A DNA stretch of 64,000 bases. Origin: Callorhinchus milii. Its lineage: Eukaryota. Below the pieces are notes generated by a model. That model was not told where the DNA came from, did not search any database, and saw only the letters and a list, made by a program, of their open reading frames with translations. The stretch spans positions 82,896,001 to 82,960,000 of the forward strand of contig NW_024704742.1 of assembly GCF_018977255.1 (NCBI RefSeq), given 5' to 3'. Each line of letters starts with the position of its first letter. The first letter of the stretch is position 1. Shown one piece after another: positions 10,198-22,270 of the stretch. A program made the translations under genes and the position numbers.

Positions 10198-13029
10198 AGC
10201 TTTTGGAGTACAAAATGTGTGTGTCCAAACAGTCTTCTTTCACAGCACTAAGCTCTTGAACATGCAGCAAAAGGGCTTCCTTCCTCTGTGAGTCTAGGAA
10301 CAAGCAATGAGGTGGAATTGTAGTGAACAAGGCAAATGGCTGCAGGAAAGGGCTCCCTCCGGCTTGTCGCTAATCCCCCTGGAGGTGAAGTTGGCTTCAT
10401 AGCGGCCATGTCTATTTGCCAGAGCCACTCGCGTGTGGACCTAGATTAAACAGCCGGCGCTGAGTAAGTCTGAGACAAAACATTGGATTCCGAGCTCAAG
10501 AACATTAAAGTGGCTGTCACGTCACAAGCTGTCTTGTAAAGGTCCTTCCATCGTGCTGAAGTGGGATATCCGTCAAATAACAGATGCAACTCTGAGGCTT
10601 GGAACAACAACTGCTGGAAGGTATTACCTGGAATCCAGGTTCGTGAACACATACTCATATATCCAGAGCTTGGTATCAACATTGATTGGTATGCAGAGAG
10701 GTATGCAGCTGCTGCTCAAGCTCAGCAACTCCAACTGGTGGAACTGTCACTTAATGAGCAATATATTGATGCCAATGCTCTGTTGTAAAATCACATAGAA
10801 CTACATAGCACTGCACAGAACATTGCAGCATGGAATCAAGCAGTCAAGCCAGCTAGACCATGATACTCCACATAAGCCTCCACCTCTCCTAATCCCCTCT
10901 CCCATATCTCTTTTTTCCCTGCAGTTCCCTAAACTCCACAGAATTGGAGATTTTTTTTAATATATGTATTAAATACATTGTTTTAAGGGCATAATTGTCA
11001 AGAGGAGGTTGTTCTGTTCAGGAAAGAAAACCTAAAAACAACAGGATTTAGGAATGTGTCAGAAATCCCGTGTAAATCTCGTGTCAGCTTGAAGCTGTCT
11101 AAAATGTAATTATTATTGCGGGGCTAGAAGAGGGACTGTTTCATCTAAAACTCAAGCCACTGTTTGCAATCATTGTTTTTTTTTCAAAAAGCAAAGTTAA
11201 TTAAATACAAATTTGTCTCCAATCAAATACATTTGTGAATTAAGAATTTTACAAGTTGGTGGAAAATGGGCCAAGTAATTGATTTTTTAATTAAGTAAAT
11301 TAATTGCGTATAAATTACCACTTTGACTTATCGATCAAGGTATTTACAAACCATAGGATTGCAGGGGATGTAAAGTCCAGGGGGAGTACTTTTCCGTTAA
11401 AGTATTTTTCCCGTATTTAGAAGAAAGGGTATGGCCCCCTCCCCCCTGTGGCTACTAATCCTGCTCATCTACATGGTTTGGAATGTCTGCTGCATTACTC
11501 GGCCACCCTCCCTGTTAATGGTACAGGGGAGGATGAGATCAGTCTATCCTGGAATCTGACCATTGAATTTAATGATAGTAGCAGTGTTGCAGAAGCCTGG
11601 CTCAGTTATTAAAACTCTCACTTCTTGAGTCAGATTGCTGAGAGAGCACTACAAAGTCAGAATTGTTGTCCTTCGGTCTGAGGCTCTGTCTGCCTGTTCA
11701 AGTGGACATTAAAGATCTTGTGGCACTAATTACTTCATGGATGTTTGTGGGACATTGCTGTGCACAAATTGGCTGCCATGTTTGCTTACACTTCACATGA
11801 CTATACTGTGATGGGGCGACAACAGGGTGGATGTTCTGAAAGGATCAGATCAGCTGGGCTGAAGAGCCTTCTTCATCCAAACTAATCTGTGATCTTGTGA
11901 TCTATTTTATGAATTTATTGAATATTTTCAGAAGATCATAAGAATGGCTCAGGTGAAGAAGGCCTTTCAACCCTCATGATATCATCCATCCAAACTACCC
12001 AATGTACCATCCTCCCACCACAGCAGCAAGCTGCTTCCACAATAACACTTCCTCTCTTTACACTGTCGCCTCCCCACTCAACAATCCCCTTCAGTTTGGG
12101 AATGAGAGGGTCATTCACGTGAACCTCTTTGATTTGGAGGATTTAATTAATCTTCAGCCATGTATGTCCTGATATTGGCAGATACGTATCTACAATTAGC
12201 CATTGTTAGTTGCACAGCCTTTTTGTCAGTTCGGTTAGACGCTGTATGCCTGCCTGGTGTGTCTTGCTGCTACTTAATTAACAAATGTGCCTTTCAGTTT
12301 CTGTAAAATATTACGTGTGAAAGTGCGGCTACCAGGTTGTTTTTTTACTTAACCAGGTGCTTTGCTTCTTTGTACTGGTTGCATTTCCACCGAATGTGTT
12401 ATAAGCCCCCCATTATGTTAAACTGAGGGCACAGCCTGCATTTGTCAACAGCAGCAGAGAAAATTGAGGGTCATTCCCCTTTCTTGTGAAAACAAGCCTA
12501 TCGAGCATCAGAATGTTTGTTTAGAAGGGAGGAAGGATGTTTCCATTTTATTATATCTTATCGTACTGTCGCAGTGGTTCAATGAATAAACCAAATAGAG
12601 CCGAGGGCAAGTTAAAGCTCGTGCTGAACCAATCTTTCTGAGGTGTAAGAGCAGCAGTTTTACACCAGTCGGTTTTGGCACGAGCAGGGCTCTATTTGGC
12701 GCACGTCCAGGTTAAACTGTGGCACGCTTAGCTCTGCCTTCCTCACCCTCCGAGCACAATGTCTCTGGCTGAAATTGACTGTTCATTAGTGCTTAGTGAT
12801 AGCTTGAATGTTTCCCTGAAGAAAACACTCACAGTTTCCTAAAATACCTCCAGGTCAGGAAATGCCTAGAATGTCAATGATAACTACATCGGTTAAACAC
12901 CAGTTCATTCATGCCTTGTAAACAGAGTCTGATTGGGACGTAAGGAGAGCTTTATACAGATGCCAGCTAGCATGCTGGACTACACATTGCCAAAGTAGTT
13001 GAACTTAGATCTCCAGAAATTACGCTGGA

Positions 13030-13140
13030 CAGAGCTGTACTCTGCTCTGGTTAGACCACACATGTCTATATAGTGTGTGTTGTCATGACATAAGGGGGCT
13101 GGCCACACTAGAGGCAGTGCAGAGCAAAGCAAGCAGACTG
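13030..13140 (+). mobile_element. CR1 ORF2 relic
   Basis: Translates to LYSALVRPH ... LEAVQ.KA.RL, typical of the CR1 ORF2 C-terminal region. Confidence 0.65.
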
Positions 13141-14889
13141 TTTAAGGAGTCCTAAAGTTGTTTGTTTACTGTTTTGCAGTGCTAAATACTCATTTTTTTT
13201 ATCAGCAAAAGTCATTCAATAAAAAAGGTTCACCAGAGTTTAATATCTAAAAGTCCAATTTGCTGTTTAGTTTGTCATCCGTGATTGTGTTCCCGCCTCC
13301 CAATACAGACCTGTAATGCCAGATCCAGGAATGCTCGCACATGGTTGGTTCCAGCAATACACAACGTGAGCATTACTGGGATCAGCTTTATGGGCATAGA
13401 ATGTGGGGCTTGAACCCATAACATTCTGATTCAGAGACGAGAGTGCTACCAGCTGAGCTAATCTGTCACTATAGTTCATAAAAGAAACTTACAGAAAATT
13501 AGCTTTGAAATTAAGACCGTATTTCAGAAATTGCCAAATTCCAGACATTTTGAAATGCTATATAAATAGAGTAAATTTAGACCCAGGTAAAATTTCTACC
13601 CTTGCATTGTGATTGCTTCCTGCCCTTATTCTCCATGGAAAACTACTGGCTACCTTTCAGGCTCAAGCTAAAAGAAAACTAGTAATACTGGATTGCTTTT
13701 GGTATTTCATAGATGACTCCAAGGAGCACTCTCGAAAACAAACATAACCTTGAACAGCAGAATATCTATTTTATTCCCAACTTGCAAGAAATAGCTGGAG
13801 AACTCCTTTGTGATTACAGCACCTGTGAGAAGGTTGATTTTGAACGAGATCCAAAAGGAAAATAATGCCATTTGGGAATCCTAAAAAACGTAAGCTGCAG
13901 AGTTAAAATCAAAGCTGTACTTTGAGAATTTGCCAAACTCTAGATGCTCTGAAATGCTTCATAAATAGAATAAATTTCGACCCAGGTGGTATTTGTTCGG
14001 AAAGTTGACAGGGTTTTGGGGGCAAAAAAAACAGAATTGGATTATTTTGGTAGAAATGGGAGCTCACATTGGGCTCATTCAGCACTGATGGGATGTATGT
14101 ATGGGGGAATCACTCAACCTCCGATTTCATAGACCCCATTCATGACCACAGTCATACTCTTTGGATTGCAGCTTTGATCAGCTGTAACTTAAATAGTATA
14201 AGAAAGAGCTTTATTAATCCTGTGAAAATATCAAGCTGAGGAGAAAATGGGGAAAATCTTTTGATACAAAATATTATCAGGATTTGTATTGCAGCAACAT
14301 CAACAGCAACTTGCATTTATACAGTTCCCTTCGGAGGATAACATCTTGAAGCACTTTACAAAGACGGGGTCAGACAATATTAATTCCTTGCTTGTAAGAA
14401 AACACACTTACATGTATAAACCATATGTATAGCACACACACATACAAACCATGTTTAATACATTCTCATCTCTCATTTAAAAACACGTCGCTACCTATTG
14501 TACTGCGGCTTTGATTGGGGACAGTCCATTGCATCCTTGTGTTAGCTACAGAGGAGCATATGAAGATGAGGGCTTATGAAATCATCTGAAATATGAGACA
14601 GGATGGTATTTGATAGCTCTGGAAATGAAACCCATTTAGCGTTCTATTTGAATCAAAGCTGTTCAACCGCTATGTTAGCAAGACTCCATGCAGATTCCCA
14701 TTCTGCAATTGTAGACTTTTATCAATTTCATCCTGTATCATGACTTTCAACTGTCTTGCTTCAAAGTCAGTCTGAGTTACACGTCTCTGAATTCAGCTTC
14801 CAAGGTGAAGTGTAAATCTCCTTTACCTGAACTTGCACTCATGGGTCCTGGGTTGCTGCTCAGGGAGCTAATGATGATGACAACATTCA

Positions 14890-15323
14890 TAACAATCCTT
14901 GCATTTGATATAGTGCCTTATCACATCATTCAGACATCTCAAAGCACTTCATAATATATACTGTAAAGTGGATTGACTGAGTACTTTGTGTGTGAAACGC
15001 AGCAGCCAGTTGCACACAGCAGTGTCACAAAAACATGGAGTGAGTGACCATTTTTTTATTTGGGGGATTGATAGCCAGGACCCCAGGAGGAACTAATTTC
15101 TCCTTTCGAATAGGGCCATGGGATGTTTAACATCCACCTAAACTGATGAGACCTTGGTTTAACATCTCATTTAAAGGATGGGGCCTCTAACAATGCAATG
15201 CATCCCCAGCACTGCATTGGAGTGTCAGCTTAGACAATGTGATTCCAACTCCTGATCTAGGCCTTGAACCCACAACCTTCTGACTCAGAGGCGAGAGTGC
15301 TAGTTCTGAGACACACTGACACC
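14890..15323 (-). mobile_element. Near full-length Deu-domain SINE
   Basis: Reverse strand: tRNA-like head (agcactctcgcctctgagtcagaaggttgtgggttcaag), Deu core (gatgagatgttaaaccaagg...ggtggatgttaaacatcccatgg) and L2-like tail. Confidence 0.85.
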
Positions 15324-17063
15324 CTTTTCATGTATGCCTCATTCAACAGGGTCACATAAGAGAACATGTGATGCTTCCCTGAGGTAGTAGGGAATAGATG
15401 GGAATTAATATTATTATTAATAATCTGAACTCTTTCATGTTCAGAGTTTGTTCATGTTTTGTACACAAGGTGATGCGTTACCTGGGTGGGCAAATTTGTA
15501 TTGAAGTCTTTTACACCAATTTCGAGCCATTTCCAATCCCCACATTGTGCCTAACTGGTGCCAGCTAGGGTTGAATTATGGTCTTGTGCTTCACTAACAA
15601 CTGGAGAGCAGCTGCCCAAACTTACAGCCGTCAGTCAGGAGAAGTCCATTTGTCTGGGTTAGATACCAGAAATATCAGTGTGCTAACCTGCTGCATTATC
15701 TAATCAATCACCCAGGTATTTCTATTTCTGGATGCAATTGTGTTCATTCATTAGCCGGTAGTTTCCCAACTGATATTCTCAAACTGGGAATAACAATTAA
15801 CACAACAAATCCGCTTTTCAACTGTTGATTTTATACTGTAGTGTTTGTTCTCAACCCATTGAAACAAGAGGAATTTCACAGCCCTCAGTACTTCCTGAGT
15901 TTTTTTTAACACAGCACATTCTTTAATGACTAAGTTTGCTGGAATCCTAGGCCCATTTGAGTGGGTCTGGAATTTGTCCACAATGTTCATTTATTTAACA
16001 CATCTAAGTATTATTTCTACCCTGATAGTGCACTGTTCTAAAATAATATTTCCTAAAGGATCTATTTGATCATGGTACGCATCCACTTACAAACTTAAGG
16101 AAGTACTTGTGATCAAGTTTGGTAATGAGAGTTTATCTTTCAAATTGATCTTTTCAAAGCTCTGCTGCTTATGTTTGTAGGATTCTCAAATAATGAGAAG
16201 CTTTTCCAGATAGTACTCGCAATGGCAAGCTAAGTGGTTTTAGCTGGTTGAACTCCAGTAGTTACTTGACTCGCACTCTAATGTCTTTTAGTCTTAGTTC
16301 TTGCCTAATACTGTCTGCAATTAGTTAAGCAGGGTATGTCTCTCCAGGGAGAGAGTATGCGTTCCAGACACAGGAAAACTTCCATGTGTAGGTCGCAGGC
16401 ATACAGATATTATGTGACATTCTCAATTCTAGTTTAGATATTCTTAAGCATGGTGATGGGGTTCCACATGTGTCAGCATCCTACATCTTCACTGTTTAAA
16501 GGTGCTGTTTGGGTGACTTCCACAACATAGCAAAGGGCTGCCTTTACAGAAAAAAACAGGATTTAAAGGAATGCAGATCATGTGTTTGTACCTCGTCATT
16601 TAGTTCCACTCCTGAGCTCTAGCAACGTGATTGGGTGACTGCAGACACCCTGACACACTGAAGTACACTTTGCTGATACAGTGCAGATCTGTAATTAGGT
16701 TCACTCAAGCACCGTTGTCTTATTATTTGCTGCCAATGACTTCTAATGAGTACCATTGAAAAGACAGGAACATTTCATTTAAATATCCAGCCATTCATGC
16801 ATAGTCGCTGTGACACGATCTCAAGCCTCACGATACTGCAAATACCACATACGACGAGTGCTCTCTCACCGGGGGAAGAGAAAGCACTTGTGACTCCTTA
16901 AAGCCACTGAATCAGCATCTCAGTCCCGAGTGAATACTTCATTTCATGGCCTGATCTGTTTAGAATAATAAAATTGAACATGTCGTCACCATCAGTCAGC
17001 CAAGCTGTTTGGTGCAGTGCATGAGTCCTCCCTATTTGTGTTGTCCTGTGTCTGTTTCAGCCA

Positions 17064-17440
17064 GGTGTCAGCCTGGCTCATTTGATAACATTCTCGCCTC
17101 TGAGTCAGATATTTGTGAGTTCAAGCATCACTTCGGGACTTTGAAGTCACAGTCTAAGCTGAGACTCCAGTGCAGAGCTGGGGGAGTGCTACCATGTCAG
17201 AGGTGCCATCCTTCAGATGAGATATTAAACCAAGTCTGACTGTTTAGGTGGATGTTAAAGATTTCAAGGCACTATTCGAAAAGAGAAGAAAATTTGTCCC
17301 AGTGACTTGACCACAAGCCCACCAGGTTAAATTGGTCGCTCACTTCATGGCTGTTTGTGGGACATTGCAGTGTGCAAATTTGCTGCACCCTGGAATAAAT
17401 CATGTGAAGCGCTTTGAGATGACCTCTTGATTATTTTATT
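17064..17440 (+). mobile_element. Deu-domain SINE
   Basis: Head ctcgcctctgagtcag...gagttcaag, core cagatgagatattaaacc...ggtggatgttaaag, shared 3' part. Confidence 0.85.
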
Positions 17441-17869
17441 TTTGTTTCATCCAATTTTGCAGGGTGTCACTTTGTGCCATGGACTGAACACAAATTAGCC
17501 TATAAGAAAGGTGTTTCCAGACTCACTTGAGCAAAAGCACTCTCACAAGCAAATCGAGGGAGCTGGTGGCCTTACATGTTGTGTCACAAATTCAAGATTA
17601 TTTCCTCCCCTGGATACAAGGAGAACTATTTATAAAATGATAACTTACACAGATAGTCGTATTATGCACTTCAAATAGTCCGTTCCTGCAGTGAGGACGG
17701 CGTGGCATGGTAAGCCAGTCTCTTCCTACTTTGCTGCTCATTTTTAAAGGAAATGCGGAGGGAATGACAGATGCTCGATTTGCATTGAATTAGCACATTT
17801 TTGCTTTGATGGAAGGAGAGTAGAATTGGGCATCAAAACCCACAAAAAGTCCAGTTTTAACAATAACAC

Positions 17870-18128
17870 TATAAAAATAATCCTTACATTTAATGTAGTG
17901 TCTTTCATGTCAAGAGGACGTTGTAAACGCTTCACAGGATTTACTGTAAATAATAATAATAATCCTTCCATTTGGTATAGCGCCTTCCACATAGGGAGGA
18001 AGTTGCAAGGCGCTTCACAGGATGTACTATAAAGTGTTGTGATTGTGTGTATTTTGCGGGCAGCAGCCAATTGTGCACAGCAATGTCCCACAAACAGCCA
18101 TTAAGTAAATGACCAATTTTACTGTAAA
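17870..18128 (-). mobile_element. Two nested SINE 3' fragments; the inner copy (17951-18117) has an 11-bp TSD tttactgtaaa
   Basis: TSD at 17940-17950 and 18118-18128; both pieces match the reverse complement of the SINE tail. Confidence 0.75.
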
Positions 18129-18199
18129 GTCCAGGCGAATACGTTAACCTAACCCCCATTGTATTTAGGTTTTCATGCCACTAAGGTTGTGAATGTTTT

Positions 18200-18570
18200 T
18201 TTTGCTGAAACAGAGAATATTCTAATGGTATGAATGTTTATATAGAGTTGATAGAGGGAGACTATTCCCTGTCATCAGAAAGTCAGTCAATCAGTCAGTA
18301 ACAAGAGAGAAATGAATTAAGGATTATCACCAGAAGAAAAGAATCTGAGAAGGGAAATTATTTTTAACACAGAAAAGTGTTGCTATTGTGAAAGCAGAGA
18401 CCAGAATGGCATTTCAAAGGAAATTGAGAAAAAAAATAATATTAGAGGGTCCACGTAAAGATCAAGGAAATGGGATTAGAGCAGGTAGCTCCAGGGAGGG
18501 CGCTAGCACCCTAGTGCAGATAGCATCATGAGCTGAATGGCCTTGCCTGTGCTGTAAACATTCTGTTCTA
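18200..18570 (+). mobile_element. CR1 LINE 3' fragment
   Basis: Ends gagctgaatggccttgcctgtgctgtaaacattctgttct, a CR1-type 3'UTR also seen at 20255-, 45258- and 56450- on the minus strand. Confidence 0.7.
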
Positions 18571-18575
18571 ATCAA

Positions 18576-18886
18576 ACACGTTGAAATCACCAGACACGTT
18601 GAAATCACCAGAAACATTGAAATCACCAGACACGTTGAAATCACCAGGCACATTGAAATCACCAGGCACGTTGAAATCACCAGACATGTTGAAATCACCA
18701 GAAACATTGAAATCACCAGGCACATTGAAATCACCAGAAACATTGAAATCACCAGAAACATTGAAATCACCAGGCACGTTGAAATCACCAGGCACATTGA
18801 AATCACCAGACACGTTGAAATCACCGGGCACGTTGAAATCACCAGGCACGTTGAAATCACCAGGCACGTTGAAATCACCAGGCACA
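18576..18886. repeat. 18-bp minisatellite, 17 units: TTGAAATCACC(A/G)G + 5 variable nt
   Basis: Directly seen. Variable pentamers are ACACG/AAACA/GCACA/GCACG/ACATG. Produces the (LKSPxT)17 and (GDFNVx)17 ORFs. Confidence 0.97.
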
Positions 18887-20254
18887 CAGGTTGGCATTTC
18901 ACGAATCTCAAAAAACGCATTGTAACAATTCATTGTAACAATGCTGGACTGTACCAGGCGTTGGCGCGAAACCCAATACATAAATGTGTGCTGTGCTTTA
19001 TCCTAATAAAATAACATCTGCATGTTACAACAGTACTGTGACAGCTTTTTGTACAGGCTGGTGGTCAGCACTTCTCTGATATTGACAGTCATACCTCATG
19101 AATTAATGACGAATCAATTTAGTTATGTTTTGAGAGCATTTGGTAACAAATTGGTTGAAAGGTTCGCTGTTGGCAGAGCTGGCTTCAGAGAATATTTATT
19201 ACGTGTCATGTCAGTGTGTTGGCATCAGGAGGTAAACAGGAGGTGAACAGAAAGCTCCTTTTGTTACAGCTTTATTTTGATTGGATTTTAGCATTTATTC
19301 CATGGCCAAACCTTCATCCTCTATGCCCCTAAACTCTGGAATTCGCTTCCTCTCCCCTCTGTCTTAGCCCCGCTCCATCGATGTTTAAATCCTGCCTACC
19401 CTAAGCACCACACTTACACTTGACATAAGACCCCCACCCTTGTGAGATGACATCTTACGTGAAGGATACTTTACAAATGCAAGTTGTTGATGTTGCCTCT
19501 AATACTATGTGAGAATAGTTTAAGAAAGCATCAAGATTAAAATGGGCAACACAAGGCATCTCCATTATAAGGGAAAAGGCTTTTTTTGTGTGAACCAGTG
19601 CAGGGCTGAAACAGTCCAATCAAACAAGGACATAATTTTTTGACACTGACTCCTGTGCATGAATACATCATATAGTTTTCACAGTTCATGGATGCTTTTG
19701 CTCTCATTACTGACTTGGATCTGATCCAGCAGCAGTGGTCTGGGAATGAGAAGGTAGGTGTCAGGGGACAGCAATGATTGCTTTAAAATGTGCGGCTCAG
19801 TAACTAGGACTGATTGGCTTCCAAGTGCCACAAAACCAGAAGCGCGGGAGAAATGTGAGCTATCAGTGAAGGAAATAATACTGTTGACATGTTAACAGAA
19901 CAGAGGTGCAACTGGTGCTGAAAGTACAGAGGGCCTTAGCAAGCAGGATATCATGCTGTGCAGTTTTGCGGTGTGCATTTTAATGTGGAAAACTCCTAAA
20001 AACCTCTATACAATGAAGTGAAGCCCTGCTCTCATGGAAATCTTATTTGAACGTGCGCAGGATTCTCAGTAAGGGGAAGCTCCCAGGATTTGGGTTTCTA
20101 AATAAGATTTTGAATTGATTGCAAATATTACCCTTACATCGGCACAGTATTGCAAAATGGGGAGTGAGGGAGGGTAAAAAAAAATGCCAAAAGTGCTTGA
20201 TGTCTCTGCAGAACCTTCACTGGAGAAATGATCTTGAGTTTTTATGGCCTCTAT

Positions 20255-20405
20255 CATGGAATCATAGAATATTACAGAACAGAAGGAGGTCATTCGACCT
20301 ATCTTGTCTGTGCTGGATCTTTACAAAAGCTACACAATCAGTCCCATGCCCCCGTTCTTTCCGCATACCCCTTTAAATGTTTCCTTTTCAAGTACCTATC
20401 TAATT
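20255..20405 (-). mobile_element. CR1 LINE 3' tail
   Basis: atcatggaatcatagaatattacagaacagaaggaggtcattcgacc is the reverse complement of the CR1 3' end with an octamer tail. Confidence 0.8.
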
Positions 20406-20479
20406 GAAGTACCTGTCCATCTAACTCTATAATGTCAAATATCACAGTAATGGCTGCTACTTGTAGCGACGTCTTTGTA

Positions 20480-20730
20480 GCCAAACATGGCTGCCATTTT
20501 GCATGCTTAGTTCCACAATCAGCCAAGATGTGAATGACCAATCTTCTTTGGGGGATGCTGGCCAGGATGCCAGGAAAAACTCCTTTCTCTTTTCAAGTAG
20601 TGCCACAGGATCTTTAACGTCCACCTGAATAGACAGGCAGTAACTCAGTTTAACGTCCCATCTAAAGGACGTCACCTCTGACAGTGCATAGCTTCCCCCA
20701 GCACTGCATTGGGAGTGTCAGTCTAGAAAT
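20480..20730 (-). mobile_element. Deu-domain SINE fragment
   Basis: agtgccacaggatctttaacgtccacctga...gtttaacgtcccatctaaaggac (reverse Deu core). Confidence 0.8.
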
Positions 20731-21840
20731 TGGTGTTATAACAAACTTAAATAGTTAATATCAGTTCCTGCTCACGTTCTGTTGCAATGTGCCCGAAGAG
20801 AGATCTTACCTTGTCTCAAGCTGCATAGAATTCATAGCACGAGTCATTTACTGTGCCAACAGACAAGATAATGACCAATTTTCATGGATCTATAAATTTA
20901 GCTGTTAAGTGGAACTAAGTTTGGTATTCCTTATCTCAGGGGAGATTTTACTTGAAATATAGAGGTTGTGGGCTTGTCAGTCTGAAGGTATGTAAGTTAT
21001 TTGGCCCTGAAAATAGTTAAGGACGATGAGCCTAGTAATAATTATAACCACTGTTTACTTGCGCACTTCTTAGTCTAAGAGGAGGAATTTCACAAATTAG
21101 AATAAATTACAGATTTAATTTGAAGATTAGAACATATTAAGAATGGTTATTTTAAAAATTTATATTGTTTTTTATTAAGCACAGAACCATAACAATTGAC
21201 AACACAGAAGAATGCCATTTGGCACATTGTGTCTGTGCTGGCTCTTTTAAAGAGCAATCCTTTCAGTCCTGATTTCCTGCATTTTCCTCATACTCCTGCG
21301 AGTTAATTAACTTTAGATATTTACAGTAAACACCTGATAACTCATCACTCCAAGGGAAAAGGGTCAATTTCTATCAGATTTTCCAGCAGTCTTCATTGAT
21401 AGACAACAAGCCCAGCTTTGTTAACCTTTTTGAATAATTTATTTTCCTAAGGTCTAATGTCATTTTTATGGTCTTTCAAAGTCAATAATTTTCCACCTAA
21501 CACTGAATGACCAAACTGAAGTGAAACAATGAACTATAACTTGCATTTAGATAGCATCCTTCATGCAGGATAGCATTTTGGAGCACTACCCAGTGGTGGG
21601 TTTGGATGCCGAGCAAGGGAAGAGGGGGAAATGGCCAAAAGGCGCAGTCAAACTCAGATGTGTTCTGATCTCATACAGTCTATTTTAATTTAGGCTCCAG
21701 TCCTTTGCTAACATAGGTCAGTTGTATATTTGCCTCTTGTACAGTCAGTTAAGCATCCGTCTAATGATGAAACTGATTTTTCATAATGATCAATTGATCT
21801 AGTTATCGATCAACTCACTGAAAGATGATAATAATAATGT

Positions 21841-22165
21841 GGAGTCCTGTAGCTCAGTGGTTAGAGCACTCGCTTTGCAAGCGAGAGACCTGAGTTCAAT
21901 TCCAGTCAGGGCGAAACCTTGGGCAAGTTTCCTTATTCCTCACGCCTAATAATAATCCCTCCAAAACCGAAAACAATAATAAATTGGTCATTTTCAATCT
22001 ACGACTGTTTGTGGGACATTGCTGTGCACAATTGGCTGCCGCGTTCGCCCACAAATATACAGTCAATTCACTTTACAGTGTGTTCTGTGAAGCGCTTTGG
22101 GACGTCCTCCCGACGTGAAAAGCGCTATACCAAATGCAAGGATTATTATTAGTATTATTATTAAT
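21841..22165 (+). mobile_element. Full-length young tRNA-derived SINE (short subfamily; resembles elephant-shark SINE2-type elements)
   Basis: A box TAGCTCAGTGG (21850-21860), B box GTTCAATTC (21894-21902), cloverleaf-like head with a TGC anticodon loop, intact CpGs, 3' stem-loop and (ATT)n tail. Confidence 0.93.
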
Positions 22166-22270
22166 AATCTTTGCATTTGATACAGAGCCTTATCATGTCT
22201 TTGAGATGTCTCAAAGCGCTTCCCAGGATATACTGTAAAGTGGATTGACTGTGTGTTTTGTGGGTGAAAC
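22160..22270 (-). mobile_element. SINE 3' fragment, tail-to-tail with the preceding SINE
   Basis: taataatctttgcatttgat...gagatgtctcaaagcgcttc... is the reverse SINE tail. Confidence 0.85.

Noticed and set aside
10446..10798. Overlapping protein-looking ORFs of 75-81 aa
   Set aside because: No recognisable family and no compatible splice sites; could be checked by BLASTX.
18576..18886. CRISPR array (GTTGAAAT-like repeat with variable spacers)
   Set aside because: Spacers are only 5 nt and recur, there are no cas genes, and the context is a vertebrate intron; it is a minisatellite.
18462..18981. Repeat-protein genes (KSP, GDFNV, CLVIST ORFs)
   Set aside because: Frames are open only because the 18-bp unit lacks stops; no convincing splice or start context.
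19027..19044. miR-101-like sequence ACAGTACTGTGACAGCT
   Set aside because: Mismatches to the mature miRNA as I recall it, and no complementary 5' arm, so no precursor hairpin.
21841..21912. tRNA-Ala(TGC) gene
   Set aside because: T-arm is imperfect and the sequence runs straight into a SINE body and tail repeated elsewhere in the window.
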